A DNA stretch of 62,407 bases, counting the filler, from Perkinsus olseni (lineage: Eukaryota), in assembly GCA_013115125.1 (NCBI GenBank). It is 17 parts of 17 records of this genome, joined end to end, with 100 filler letters (N's around TTAATTAATTAA, not from the genome) between each part and the next. Parts side by side here need not be neighbours in the genome. Positions count along the whole stretch, not along the records: positions 47,955 to 51,504 come from JABANN010001383.1; positions 51,605 to 55,144 come from JABANN010001384.1; positions 55,245 to 58,778 come from JABANN010001385.1; positions 58,879 to 62,407 come from JABANN010001386.1; 13 more parts are not named here. One strand, 5' to 3'. The notes below the pieces were generated by a model. The model saw only the letters and a program-made list of their open reading frames with translations, was not told the DNA's origin and searched no databases. Positions 51,436 through 62,407 of this stretch are shown piece by piece. Position 1 is the stretch's first letter. Each line of letters begins with the position of its first letter. The position numbers and the translations under genes were made by a program.

Positions 51436-51504
51436 CTAGCAACACTCGCAGCTGAGCTGCTAGAAGTGTAACACAAGATCCGGAGATATTGGGCTGCGAT
51501 GGAG
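51436..51504 (-). repeat. Unidentified repeat end terminating in CTAG (copy 3, inverted)
   Basis: Exact reverse complement of 7462-7530. Confidence 0.95.
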
Positions 51505-51604
51505 NNNNNNNNNNNNNNNNNNNNNNNNNNNNNNNNNNNNNNNNNNNNTTAATTAATTAANNNNNNNNNNNNNNNNNNNNNNNNNNNNNNNNNNNNNNNN
51601 NNNN

Positions 51605-52599
51605 TTTTACTAATTTGGTCTGGGCTTTATTTAATTGCTCTGGGTTTTTACTAAGTAGGTCTGGAAATGGTGTAGTGTGAACGATGAGGTGCCGCTGGAC
51701 GCCACGGATGAACTGGGTAAAAGACTCCGATAGATTCAGGCTTATTACCTGCCTTACAATCCGCCATGTGGTTCCATTTATGCTCCTCAACCTGAGGAAG
51801 GATCATCAACCAATCCATCACCGACGAATATTCAACTAGGGGAAGCGGTCGGAGTTGGTGAGAATCGGTCGGAAGTCAAAGTAATCATTACCAGGTGGGG
51901 AGGAGCGCTATAGTCGCAGCCTGGTGAAGGGCACTTGACATGATATGTCAATTTATGCTTCTCGAGGGCATCCGCTGTGCACAGATCCCTGAAACAACAC
52001 AGCCCCGCGTTCATGGTTAACAGAGGAGTGCTGAGTTGCGAATGAAGGTAGCCAGTGAGTATCATGCAGTAGCGGCACCCTTCTAGCAAACAGCTTTGAG
52101 CAGCATCCGAGATACAATGGCCATCTTACATCTCACAGGGCTCGCAGTAGAACTGGCTATCCTTAGGCAATGTTCCTAAGGTATCTTCCCAAAAGAGGCC
52201 ACCACCTTTGCCCTTCCCTTTGCCGCTTGGCCACGGTGTTAGTCCCGGTGTATAGTCACAGGGCCATGCACCAGCCACGGCCCAATCACCCGATGAAGGG
52301 CCTCCTTTACCGTAGGGCGGCATGCCCCACCATGATTGGTCACCATACCAATACCAAGAGTTAGGTACTGCGGCACCTTTACCGCCCCAGCTCGGCCATT
52401 CTCCTGGACGAGAGCTATGCCAATCCATAGACGAGGACGATGACGACGACAAAGCGGAAGACCTCCCTGGGAACCCGTTTCGCATTATGCGACGACCCTT
52501 CCCAACGGAGCCGGCATCAGGACGGTCAGATCTCTTTGCCGAGGACTGGTGCCCCCGACCACGCAGATAAGCTGCTCTTGCAGCCTGGAAGGCGTCCAT
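51605..52599 (-). CDS. NUFIP1-like zinc-finger protein, paralogue B, 3' partial
   Basis: G/W-rich N-terminus, FYCEPCE | DLCTADALEKHKLTYHVKCPSPGCDYSAPP; same exon layout as the upstream paralogue. Confidence 0.75.
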
Positions 52600-52781
52600 A
52601 CACCAAAGAAGGAGTATGAAGTAGCAACTTGAGGCAGCTGGTAGAATTTCCGAGCGATGAAGTCGCGGACAAATGAACTCGGAAACGATAGCTGGGGAAG
52701 CTGCATAGGATGTATGACGTAAAGTAGAGCATCGTACAGTAAGCTGTAGTGAGTTCTAGTCTTGGTAAAATTACAGTTTCA

Positions 52782-54701
52782 TTACGTGTCATCGTCAGAG
52801 AAATAATCACCATCATCAGAATCGCCGCCCGACTCGCTGCCTGGATCTGACTCAGCACCATCGTCAAATGCCGCGGTGCTAGGCTTCTCATCGAAGAAGT
52901 TCTCGCTAACGAAAAACCTGCAGACGGAGAAGGGCTGATAGCTCGATAACCGAGGATAGTTTTTACTACTACCTCAAACACTGAAGGACTGTAGCGTTAT
53001 ACCGCTCTATGTCGTCACGCATCAGACGCCTGATAAGCTGTTCTTTCATACTCTCTGTCGGCTGTTGCTGTGGTTTTACATGATTGAACCTGCAGTGCTC
53101 TCTAGAAGATAGCAGGATGCCGGACTGGGCGACAAGTTATAAGAACCCTCGTATCGAGACGTACTTGCAATTATCCCCATGACGACAATAACCCTTCTCC
53201 TGGAAAAAACGGCATATTCCCCTCTTCGGTTGGATGTGTTCGAAATGGCATGATTCCTCATACTTGCACTTGCCGAACTTGGCGAAGTGAGTGCATATTC
53301 GCCGTTCCGCGAACTTGGCTTCACGCTGAAGGCACAGCTAATTGCGACTAACATGTACGTAGCGAGAGTGAGCACGGCACGTTTATTCCCATGACTGTCG
53401 GTCGACGCTGGTATGACATTCCCTCGATCCAGTATAGAAGTGGGTCGGAATAGGGTCACAGATTGCAGGCAAGAAGTGTAAAGTAGCGATTACCACCACT
53501 ACTACGGCGGAACTACCTCAGCACGTTCCTTCTTTTTTCGCTCCCTATTTTCCCGCATGGAGGACCGTATGGCCTTCTCCAGCGTGCACATCTCGGTGAC
53601 ATCAGTGCCTTCTCGAGGAGCATCGGCTCGAGCTGAAGCGAGATCGGCGTTCGTCACCAAAGTACCCTCGGCGTCAGGAGATGCTCGTTCCCGAGTATTA
53701 CCTTTGGTAGGAAAGTTCTTTCTCCGTCTGGCCAGCCACGCATCAGTTTCAGCTTGTGATGCCGTCAACGATTCAGATTTACCTATGAACAATATAATTG
53801 GGCGTCCCAAGCAGGCCGAATGCTGTGAGGGTATTGACTTGTTGCATCATTACCTTCGGCAGTCGTGACCAGACAATGAGAAAGCTTGTGCGCGGCGACC
53901 TGAAGATATAATCATAAGCTTGGCCACGATCCTCATGAAAATGAACGAATTGAAGAGCAAAGGATGTTAATCGGCTGAGTAATGATCACCAAATTGCATT
54001 ACCAAATCTGGTCTTGCACTATAGTCGCAGCCCGGGTGAGGGCAGGTGACGTGGAAAGTGAGCACATGCTCGTCAAGACCGTCGGCAGTGAATAGATCTC
54101 TGAAAAACAAAGCAGGAAACTTCGCTCGTTATATTCTCAGCAATACACGAGACCTTCAGATGCCGTCGATGCCGAGATCCAGTTCTCGACGAGCAGCTTA
54201 CTTTCCGCATGGATTGCAGTAGAACTCGCTCCTAGGGGGGTCCATGTCTAGTCTCCCTCGTTTGGCTGGAGGATGACCCCATTGCTCAGACCCATTAGCA
54301 TCCCATCTACGACCGCTTTTGCCCTTCCCTTTACCCTTTTCTTTACCCTTTCCTTCACTTCCAACACTAGCATTGTAGCTCGCAGATCTCCAGGATCCCT
54401 TACCCTTACCATCACTCCCTTTCCCATGATTCATGGGGGTATACCCCTCAACCCAAGTGGGAGTGGATCCCTGATTCCACCATTCACCACCCCACTGTGC
54501 ATTATAGGGACCCAACCCCTTCCCAGAGCCGTTCCATCCTCCATCATACCACCCATCATTCCAACTGCTCCCCCATTGCTGACCAGGAGGGGCAGGTGAC
54601 CATCCCCACTCATCTCCGCTTGGACCCCAACCGGACCATTGCGAGGTTTCATATCCGGCTCCACTGCTTGGCCGTGGCCCGAAGGACGGCGGGTCTGCCA
54701 T
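52782..54701 (-). CDS. NUFIP1: NUFIP1-like (box C/D snoRNP assembly factor) protein with extra CCCH fingers, paralogue A, multi-exon
   Basis: Tandem C2H2 fingers, ETDAWLARRRKNFPTKGN motif, two CCCH fingers (CTHFAKFGKCKYEESCHFEH; CRFFQEKGYCRHGDNC), C-terminal LMRDDIERYNATVLQCLR|FFVSENFF, acidic tail, stop at 52782. Confidence 0.82.
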
Positions 54702-55006
54702 CGGACATAGACGGACCAATAAGAAATTCTGAGATTCAGTCGTCGGATCACAGAGCAGTGTTGAGGTTCATATGAATAGCGAGCCACGATATGCCGTGAG
54801 TAACTTGTGTGGGATTTCACACGTTCAAGTGATGATAATCTATGGCGTGCCAGTCTGACGCCATGGGTTTCGACGAAGATCGATTCATCAGGCAACTCCG
54901 CAGGACTACTCCCTCAACAAGGAGCTCTCTTACCGGTTCTCAGGATGAGCTCTTCAGCTAGGCTTTCGATCACACCATTCGGGATCCCTTGACGCAGCAG
55001 AAAGGC

Positions 55007-55053
55007 ACTCGGCGAGGCCCAGGTTCGATTCCCGGGTACGGTATTTTGTTTTT
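55007..55053 (+). pseudogene. tRNA-like 3' half (T-arm) followed by a T-run
   Basis: CCCAGGTTCGATTCCCGGG T-stem/B-box then TTTTGTTTTT; no matching acceptor 5' strand or D-arm found. Confidence 0.35.
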
Positions 55054-56849
55054 CCGCGGCCCAATTCCGCCCGGGAGAAAGTGAACGCAGCACTAAAAAC
55101 CGTGAACTGAGAACTACATGCAATTGCACGAAAATAAATGCAGANNNNNNNNNNNNNNNNNNNNNNNNNNNNNNNNNNNNNNNNNNNNTTAATTAATTAA
55201 NNNNNNNNNNNNNNNNNNNNNNNNNNNNNNNNNNNNNNNNNNNNGCTATTCGAATCGTCCACTTGTGTTACAGTGATCAACTCGATATGACACAACTGGG
55301 ATGCGTGTAGGGCTACGGTAGCGTCCGTCTTGAAACGTAGAGCCGTCCTTCTCGTCGCTGATTCTACCCTGTCGGTATTGCTTGACTGAGGTGAGCTCCA
55401 TCCACACACTGGGCATACCATCCCGGTTTAAACCTGCCTGGGCTCTTTAGGAGGGGAGGCGAATGCAGATTCTGTGGCTTCCACACTCGGAGGAGTACTC
55501 CGACGCGTCTTCAATCTCCTCTGTCTTTATGGTCTCGCTGGTTCTCTGGCATTCCGATACAAGATGAGTGAGCTTGTATGAAGTATTGTCCGATAATGCG
55601 GCTACTACTTGAGATTTCCGGCTGCTGCTTTACATCGCTCGACTAAGGATATCCGTATTTCTCACCCGGCAAGGAGAATTTTACGGTTCACTCGACGATG
55701 TCTTTTCGCCGCGATTCCTCCGCGATCATGTCTCCGTGACCGGGAAGGTAGTTCAAAGCAGCATGCGCTGGTTGTCCATCACCCATGCGCTGAACCACTC
55801 AGCTCACACAAGGCCTGCTAGATGTGTATTTATGTGTCTCTCTACTCACTCTGTTCTGGTCGGGAAGGTTCGCAGAGCATCGGCGATCTGGCGGTGGAAC
55901 AAAGTGCCGTTACCAAGTTGGGAATCAGGTCTCCGGCAGTGTCGCATCAGCGAGGCATTACTCGGATGCTGCTTACACGACTAGCTTCACTTATCGCTCG
56001 CTTCTGGGCTCGCAGAAGTCTATCTCCCATGGTCGCCTACTTCGAGTGTATCCCAGTTTTCCTATGACCGCGACTCCTCATCCGACGGAATCCAAAGCGC
56101 CACAGGCTCAAGTGTCTTCGCACAAGTACGTCCCATCAGAATTATCGTCATCTCCTCAACTTGTTCGTGTTTTCAGGAGCAGTATGCTGCCGCAAGATGC
56201 CCTCATGTCGGTCGTTCTGCTCGTCGTCTTGGCATGCTGCTGGGGTCTCGGGGATGGAAAGTGAGTCAGGCGGCCGCTATCGAGGTTCATGCATCAATCG
56301 GCTGGTTTGGTCGTTTCGTGAGTTGAGTCTTTCTCAGGGCCTTCTCTCGGAGTGTGGATGAAGTTGTCCATGTTGCGTTCTGGTTCTTACCTCGCAACCT
56401 CGCCGTCGGGATACACTGGGTGAGATGGTATATCCGCTTGGATGTTGAGAACGACACNNNNNNNNNNNNNNNNNNNNNNNNNNNNNNNNNNNNNNNNNNN
56501 NNNNNNNNNNNNNNNNNNNNNNNNNNNNNNNNNNNNNNNNNNNNNNNNNNNNNNCCGTTGCATTGGGTAAGGCGGTAGATCTGTCAAGTCCGTCGAAGTG
56601 CGCATCGAAACGGCTTCAGTTCATCTTACGGCATCATCTGCGGTTGCGCGCTTGCTTACCTTAGCGAGGCGACCCAACGTGGTCTTCAGGTCCTTGGTGT
56701 CTTCGTACAGCCATGTGCGGTGCATTGCCGATCCTCGTGAGGATGTATTCTCCCCGAACTAAGCTCGACGAGCACCAATCTCTGTTCTCTGCCTGGGTGA
56801 GTGCGATTGTTCTCGCTCTGTTGCTTCAGAAGGGTCGGTCTCCTCAGGT

Positions 56850-58300
56850 TGTTTCTCTTCGCATTCCACCATTCGCGGCTCTCATCGCTCCGGTGACAAT
56901 CAGTCTCATTACTATGGAATGTCTCGGGGCTCCGGTCATCAGCGCAGAGAGAGCAACTGCCGCGGTGAGTGAGCGTCACCATCGGATACGCGTAGGCTTG
57001 CACGCATGCGCAAGATCTGGCAGGTGCTGGCCCTATGCCTCCTACAGGCCTCTGCCAATCAGATAAACTCGGTTGCTGACTTCCTCAACGGTATTGATGA
57101 TATTCACACGGCTTCTGATAGGAGCTTGGTCGATGGTATACTCACTCCAAAGACAATGGTACATCTCGGATCCACTCAAGGTTCCCTGGCTCATGCATTT
57201 CGGTTCAGGTATGGTCCGCGGTCAGTTTGACTGGTCTCTCCGCTGTCTTTCTTTTCCTCACTCTCCCAGAGGTCGATCTCGCCCATTGGAGCTATGCGAT
57301 TCTTTCCTGGATAACCCAGGCGTCCTTTGCTGTGAGTGTCGTAGCTACGAGCTCGAGGCTGGCAAGAACCGTCGTCGATCTAGCGAGTTCGATACAACCG
57401 AGCACTGTTGACCGTAAAGGTTCTGCCTTCTCCTGTCAGATTCTATATACCTCTGGCCCTTTCCCTCTGAAGTACTACGCTATGGGCGATCTGGTCATGT
57501 ACGTGAGAGAATCGCTCCCGTGTTTTGCCCCTGGGTGCGGTTTTGCTGCAGGACCGCTCCATCAGATTCATCGCCTTTGGTCCTTCCGTGAGCGCTCTCT
57601 TGGCCCTGTGGGCGACTGAGCCCATGCTATCACTCTCGGTGCTCTCTGACGTATTCGTTTTCACGCTGCCTAGCATCCTTCTGACCATTGGGGTAGGTTG
57701 CAGCGCTCCCAGTATTTTCGAGAGTCGACTCGCAACCATCTCCATGTTTCAGATTCTCAATGCGAACAATATCAGAGATCTGGACTCCGATACGGAGGTC
57801 GGCATCTACACTGTTGCCAACGTTCTCGGCCACAAGTGGTGTCGCATGTGAGTGCATGGCGAGTGAGGTTCCCCTCATCGGTTTTGCTTCAGTTACTTCG
57901 GGATGCTCCAACTCTTCCCACATATCATCTCGATCTGTGTAGCTCTTTCTTATCATTGCTACGGAATTCTGTTCTCTCTTTCTGTCATCCCCCGATCCCT
58001 CTCTACAATGTGAGTATGCCGGTCGCCCCTCGCCTTTTCGACAGTCGTCTCTTCTTCAGCTCCCGTATCTGTCTGACCCCACAGAGTGACCCCGAGTACA
58101 AGTTCGTGGTGAAGTATGCATCTCACACGACTCTGATGTACGGCCTTGCCACAGCCATGGGCATCGCGTCGGCTCCCGTTGGAGCCAGCTTGGATCAAGT
58201 AAGGCCGTCCACCCTCTTGGCGGCCGCCTTGCAATCGGGTTCTCGCCCTTCAGATAAGCCTGGGTGGTGTCTTTGCCACCTCTGCTGTCGTTGCCTTCCT
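56850..58300 (+). CDS. UbiA-family prenyltransferase, UBIAD1/MenA-like, multi-exon; further exons may lie upstream
   Basis: ASANQINSVADFLNGIDD..SDRSLVDG, LYTSGPFPLKYYAMGDLV, ILNANNIRDLDSD..GIYTVA motifs. Confidence 0.88.
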
Positions 58301-59249
58301 GTATCGGGTCGGGTAAGGCGGAGCGATGATGGTGTTGGACGAGATGGGATTGGTCGGTATCCAGTAATTGGACTTTTCACTTAGTGTTAACAAGACTGAT
58401 AGCCTCTTTAATTTTTCATTTTTCTGTAGTGGTTTCAAAATGACAGTCCGTGGTAGGAGAAGCCTACAGTATCGCTATTTTAGGTTTTCATGCTCTTGAC
58501 TTCTCAGTAGTCGAGTTGAGCTAATCGATGGACTGGGGGGGGCTATGCGATGGGTAGTTGCCTCGTAGTTGGCGAATCTTGGCTGGGAGGGCGTTAGTCT
58601 GTCTAGAGATCGTGGGAAACCCCGCCGTGAAATAGCGTTTATACTCGGTCGACCGAGAGCCATGGCAGTGTGTCGGGAAGGTGTTGAATTTGAAAACTCA
58701 CGGTTGAGTTTCTGCCCATTGGTCCGCTGCCCTTGAATGACTCCTGTGCTGCGCGGAACAGAACGCTTGCAGAGTGACNNNNNNNNNNNNNNNNNNNNNN
58801 NNNNNNNNNNNNNNNNNNNNNNTTAATTAATTAANNNNNNNNNNNNNNNNNNNNNNNNNNNNNNNNNNNNNNNNNNNNATCACACTGATTGAGCAACAAC
58901 AGAGGATTGCTAGAATGATGGTGATAGTATCGCTTAACAAAACAGAAGACCATCCCATAGCGACGAGACAGCCGACGAGGGCCCTGGCGCAGTGCCGAAA
59001 GGAGCCATAATCAACATCGATATAAATAATATCATATTATAATAGTTAAACATACAGTGAAATATCCCCTTTCATCGCCATAGATATATTCATATATAAT
59101 CCATGATATAATATAAGGTCTACCTATTAGGTATCTAGAATGTAGTTATTATAATAATAGGGTTTACTAGTACTAGAGGATCATGGAGATACTACAGTAT
59201 TATTATAGATATATTAGGTAATCTACATGCACTTCGGACGAGAGCAGGG

Positions 59250-60188
59250 TAGGTATGCGGATCCTCATTCGGGGGGTGATTGTGAGTGATTAATCAGACA
59301 CGTAAATCAGGTTTTGATTTCAGGCATGCTTTTAAAACATTCTAAAACCAAGCACACCGTCGCTGCATCACACGCAGATCTCATGACTCTGTCTCACTCT
59401 CCCGCAATCAAATCAAACTCTTTGGCCCGGTCTTTGCTCAAAATCGGATTAGTTGAATCAGACTCTTGATGATTATTGTTGTTGATTCAACCGTGAGTGA
59501 TTAAACTGAAAAATCCGCCCTAAAATCAACACTCCTTCAACACGATCCGACGGAGCGGCTTCAACTCTGAGAAAATCACGAAATAGAAGGGGCGGAGCGA
59601 TTCGCTGCCAGATTCCATCGACTTAACAATTTTTATGCATCGATGAATCCTGCAGACTGTTGCTTCTTCGTTGTTGCTCATAGTCAACGCAAGGCGAGAA
59701 GGATGCTTTCTGCTTCTAGTCTCTCGAAGGGAATCAGCTGTGCACGCATGCACGAGACGACCGGCGCATAATGAGTAACACAGACGTAGTCTAAGGGTTG
59801 GGTCGCCGATGAATACCCAAGGAAAATGTAGGGAGAGCTGTACTCGCGAATCACAATCAGCAGTGGATTATCAGGATCAGACTCATGTACCGGTACGAAG
59901 TCCCATCATCTCCGGCCATTGTGATTGTGTATCAAACTCTGATGGTGACTGATGATTCAAATCAGAGGGGTGCTTCCCAATCAGGTAATGTATCTCGTGA
60001 CAGCCATTCTGATCAGAGGCAGTTGATTTTTCTCAAGACCTCGTGATTGCAATCATGACCCTGATCAATTTCTCAGGCACCTTGATTGATAATCGTAATC
60101 GTGATTTGATTGATGATTGTAATCACAAATCATCAATCATTGATCCGGCTCATGGCCAGTGATTCCTCAATCAGGATCCGCATACCTA
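59250..60188. mobile_element. Non-autonomous DNA transposon (MITE, hAT-like ends), ~940 bp
   Basis: Perfect TIR TAGGTATGCGGATCCT (59250-59265 / 60173-60188, extendable by GG/CC); dense subterminal AATCA/TGATT motifs; no clear TSD. Confidence 0.8.
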
Positions 60189-60699
60189 CCAGGACACGGC
60201 GAACATGCTTGAATCAAGGAAGCGCGAAAATACAACGCAGCAAGAAGGGGGACCCGAGCTACTCAAGTTCGCTCTCCTCGGCTTCATCTACGGTAGCGCT
60301 TGAAAACATGGTAGGCTCAAGTAGGGGCTATACAGGATATAACGTTCTGATAGTAATGTGTGACTGCACAATAGAATGGTACCATAATTTGACTAATAAT
60401 AAGACAGGCTTTTTCGGACGTCATCTTCGGATAGCTGATGCTACAGAGGGTATCCAACTGAGCACATCGGCTTCGAGTCTAACTGAGCCCCAACCGGCGT
60501 TGGACTATAAACTCGCACACACATCACAACAGTAAGAGCCTAATAGCGACGTTTGTTGGGTTCTCATGATAAAAGCTATGTACTCCTAGAACCTGCGAAG
60601 AGGCGAGCATCGTTGCCAAGTTCTGACCATTCCATTCCGATCCCGCTACTAATCGGAAGTGGTGGCCCCCCTTCAGCTTTGCCACAGTCCATATGAATC

Positions 60700-61898
60700 C
60701 TACGTTGAGTACACCTCCCCTGTGCCCGAAACTTAGACTCGCCATTCTGAAGTAACGAGTCGTTCTTTTATATAAAATAGCTCGTTCACCAATCCCGATG
60801 CGTTTGTGAATGAGCGAGAGCGGAAGAGAGCATGATGTTCTGAGCATCAGGCGGGCCACTCGAATAGCGCAGAATGCCAGACATATAGTGCCATCAGTGC
60901 ACATATTTAGGGCAGCTACGAATCCGGGACTCCACACTTCGGGCATTTTGATAATCGACGTTCGGGGAACGTCTCGCCTGAAAACCAAGGGAATGAGCTT
61001 GCGCTGGGTTGCCTGTCCACAACTTCAAGTCCGAAACTGCGAGAACGCGATCCTTACCGATGCAAAGAGCGGCCGTTGCACTTCAAGGAGTGCACGAGTA
61101 AGCTCATACGTTCATTAATCGCCACCATTTGAAATAGAACAGAGTCATCACCGTTACGAAACTCGCAGTTCCCATGCGCGCCCTGAGACAGTTGAGCATA
61201 CACGGGGGCGGTTGATCCAAGCGGACTCCGCGCACGGCAAGATTAGAACTAGCTTGGGAAGCCGCTGGAGAGGCTGCTATGATTCCTAAGGAGCATGTCT
61301 TGGTTACCTTGAACGTAGGAGGTTTCGGTTCAGATTCCATCTTGTTGTATATAGTGAGAGCTTCTCCACACATGTAATAGGTGAACATACAACCAGCGTC
61401 CTCGATAGGTCCGCAAAGGCCGGTAGTTGTCTTTTTGATGGCGTTTTCGTTGTACTTGTAGAAATCAAGTAATCTCTGTTTACAGGTCTTTCCCTTGTTC
61501 GCATTGCTTGGCAATTTCTTGATAGTTCGCGCTTCAAGGGTGTTCAGCACAGCGTCCGCCATCTCACTTTCCCCCCTAAGAGGGTAAAGTTGATGCTGCA
61601 AATTGACTAACGAAGCATAGCTAAGCATCATTCCCGTAGATGCTTTGACGGCGCTTTGACGCGGTCAAAACCAGTCTCCAATTGGAAACCCCGGAAATGA
61701 ACCTGACTCTTACCTAGAGAATTTGGCAGCTTTTTTCATCTCGCTGATACTCTTGGCAGCAAAATGATGAGAGTCGTTGCACACCAGTGAAGTCGTCTCC
61801 AAAACCGACGCGCCAGTGACGGTATAGGTCAAATGAAAGAGACCACTCGGATAGCGCAGAATGCCAGACGGGGCAAGAAGGTTGCCGAAGCAAGCCAT
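60700..61898 (-). CDS. Hypothetical lineage-specific gene(s) with a repeated SGILRYxSG segment; possibly partly decayed
   Basis: ORFs 61710-61898 (ends at AG|GTAAG donor) and 61104-61631; 27-bp repeat at 60856-60882 and 61843-61869. Confidence 0.35.
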
Positions 61899-62407
61899 GA
61901 ATAACCCAACAAATGGACGAGCAGTTGGCGATGTACCACTCGAACGGTATGAGGGCTCAAGAGATGATGCTTCTGGCTGTGACTCGCAGCCTGTGAGCTA
62001 GCCAGGCGAGCCTCGGCTACGACCGACGGGACTCAGCACAACAAGACAATTGGGCATGTTCGTATTTCACAAGGACCACATCAGAACAACGTTGTTCAGC
62101 AAGATAAGCGCCGATATCATGGAGCTGTACGGTGGCTGAGCCACAGTAACGGCACCATCGCTAATCAACAGTATCGCCTAGGTTGCCACCATCTGCCTTC
62201 TTGATCCCCGCCAATGGTGGATGGACCGAATGAGGCGTCCCCACTTGGAACTTCTAAATTGAGGTAAGCCAGCCTCGGCTATGGCCTGTTTGACGGCGAG
62301 ATCGGGTCGAAGGACACCGTATGTCATCTCGTACCCCGTCTTCGTTCGGACTCGGCCTTCAGTAGCGTTTAATAGCATCCTCTCGATATCCTCCGGCTTG
62401 AAGTTTT

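Noticed and set aside
54900-55050. Intact or intron-containing tRNA gene
   Set aside because: Only the T-arm is convincing; acceptor, D and anticodon stems could not be paired

Overview
This is not a contiguous locus. It is 17 unrelated small eukaryotic scaffolds (3633 down to 3529 bp, strictly size-sorted) joined by artificial 100-bp N44-TTAATTAATTAA-N44 linkers, so adjacency across linkers carries no biological meaning. Short (~50 bp) GT-AG introns, intronless transporter genes and Cys-rich SYCKWW secreted repeats suggest an alveolate, probably Perkinsus (inference). Recognisable host genes are an AAAP amino-acid transporter, a POT/PTR peptide transporter, a NEK-like kinase, a WD40 protein, two tandem NUFIP1-like genes, a UBIAD1/MenA-like prenyltransferase, a probable axonemal dynein heavy-chain N-terminus and several secreted or lineage-specific proteins. 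Mobile DNA is abundant: three BEL/Pao pol regions, a decayed LTR integrase, an RTE-like LINE, a LINE RNase H fragment, a Mutator transposase fused to a Ulp1-like protease, and MITE/foldback-like elements. The most unusual signals are: (i) a LINE whose reverse transcriptase carries an inserted Tudor-like plus zinc-finger module and whose structured 5' end base-pairs with the flanking (AGT)n microsatellite; (ii) an unidentified hairpin-tipped repeat that joins three different sequences exactly at CTAG; (iii) inverted, strictly phased 15-bp repeat arrays.
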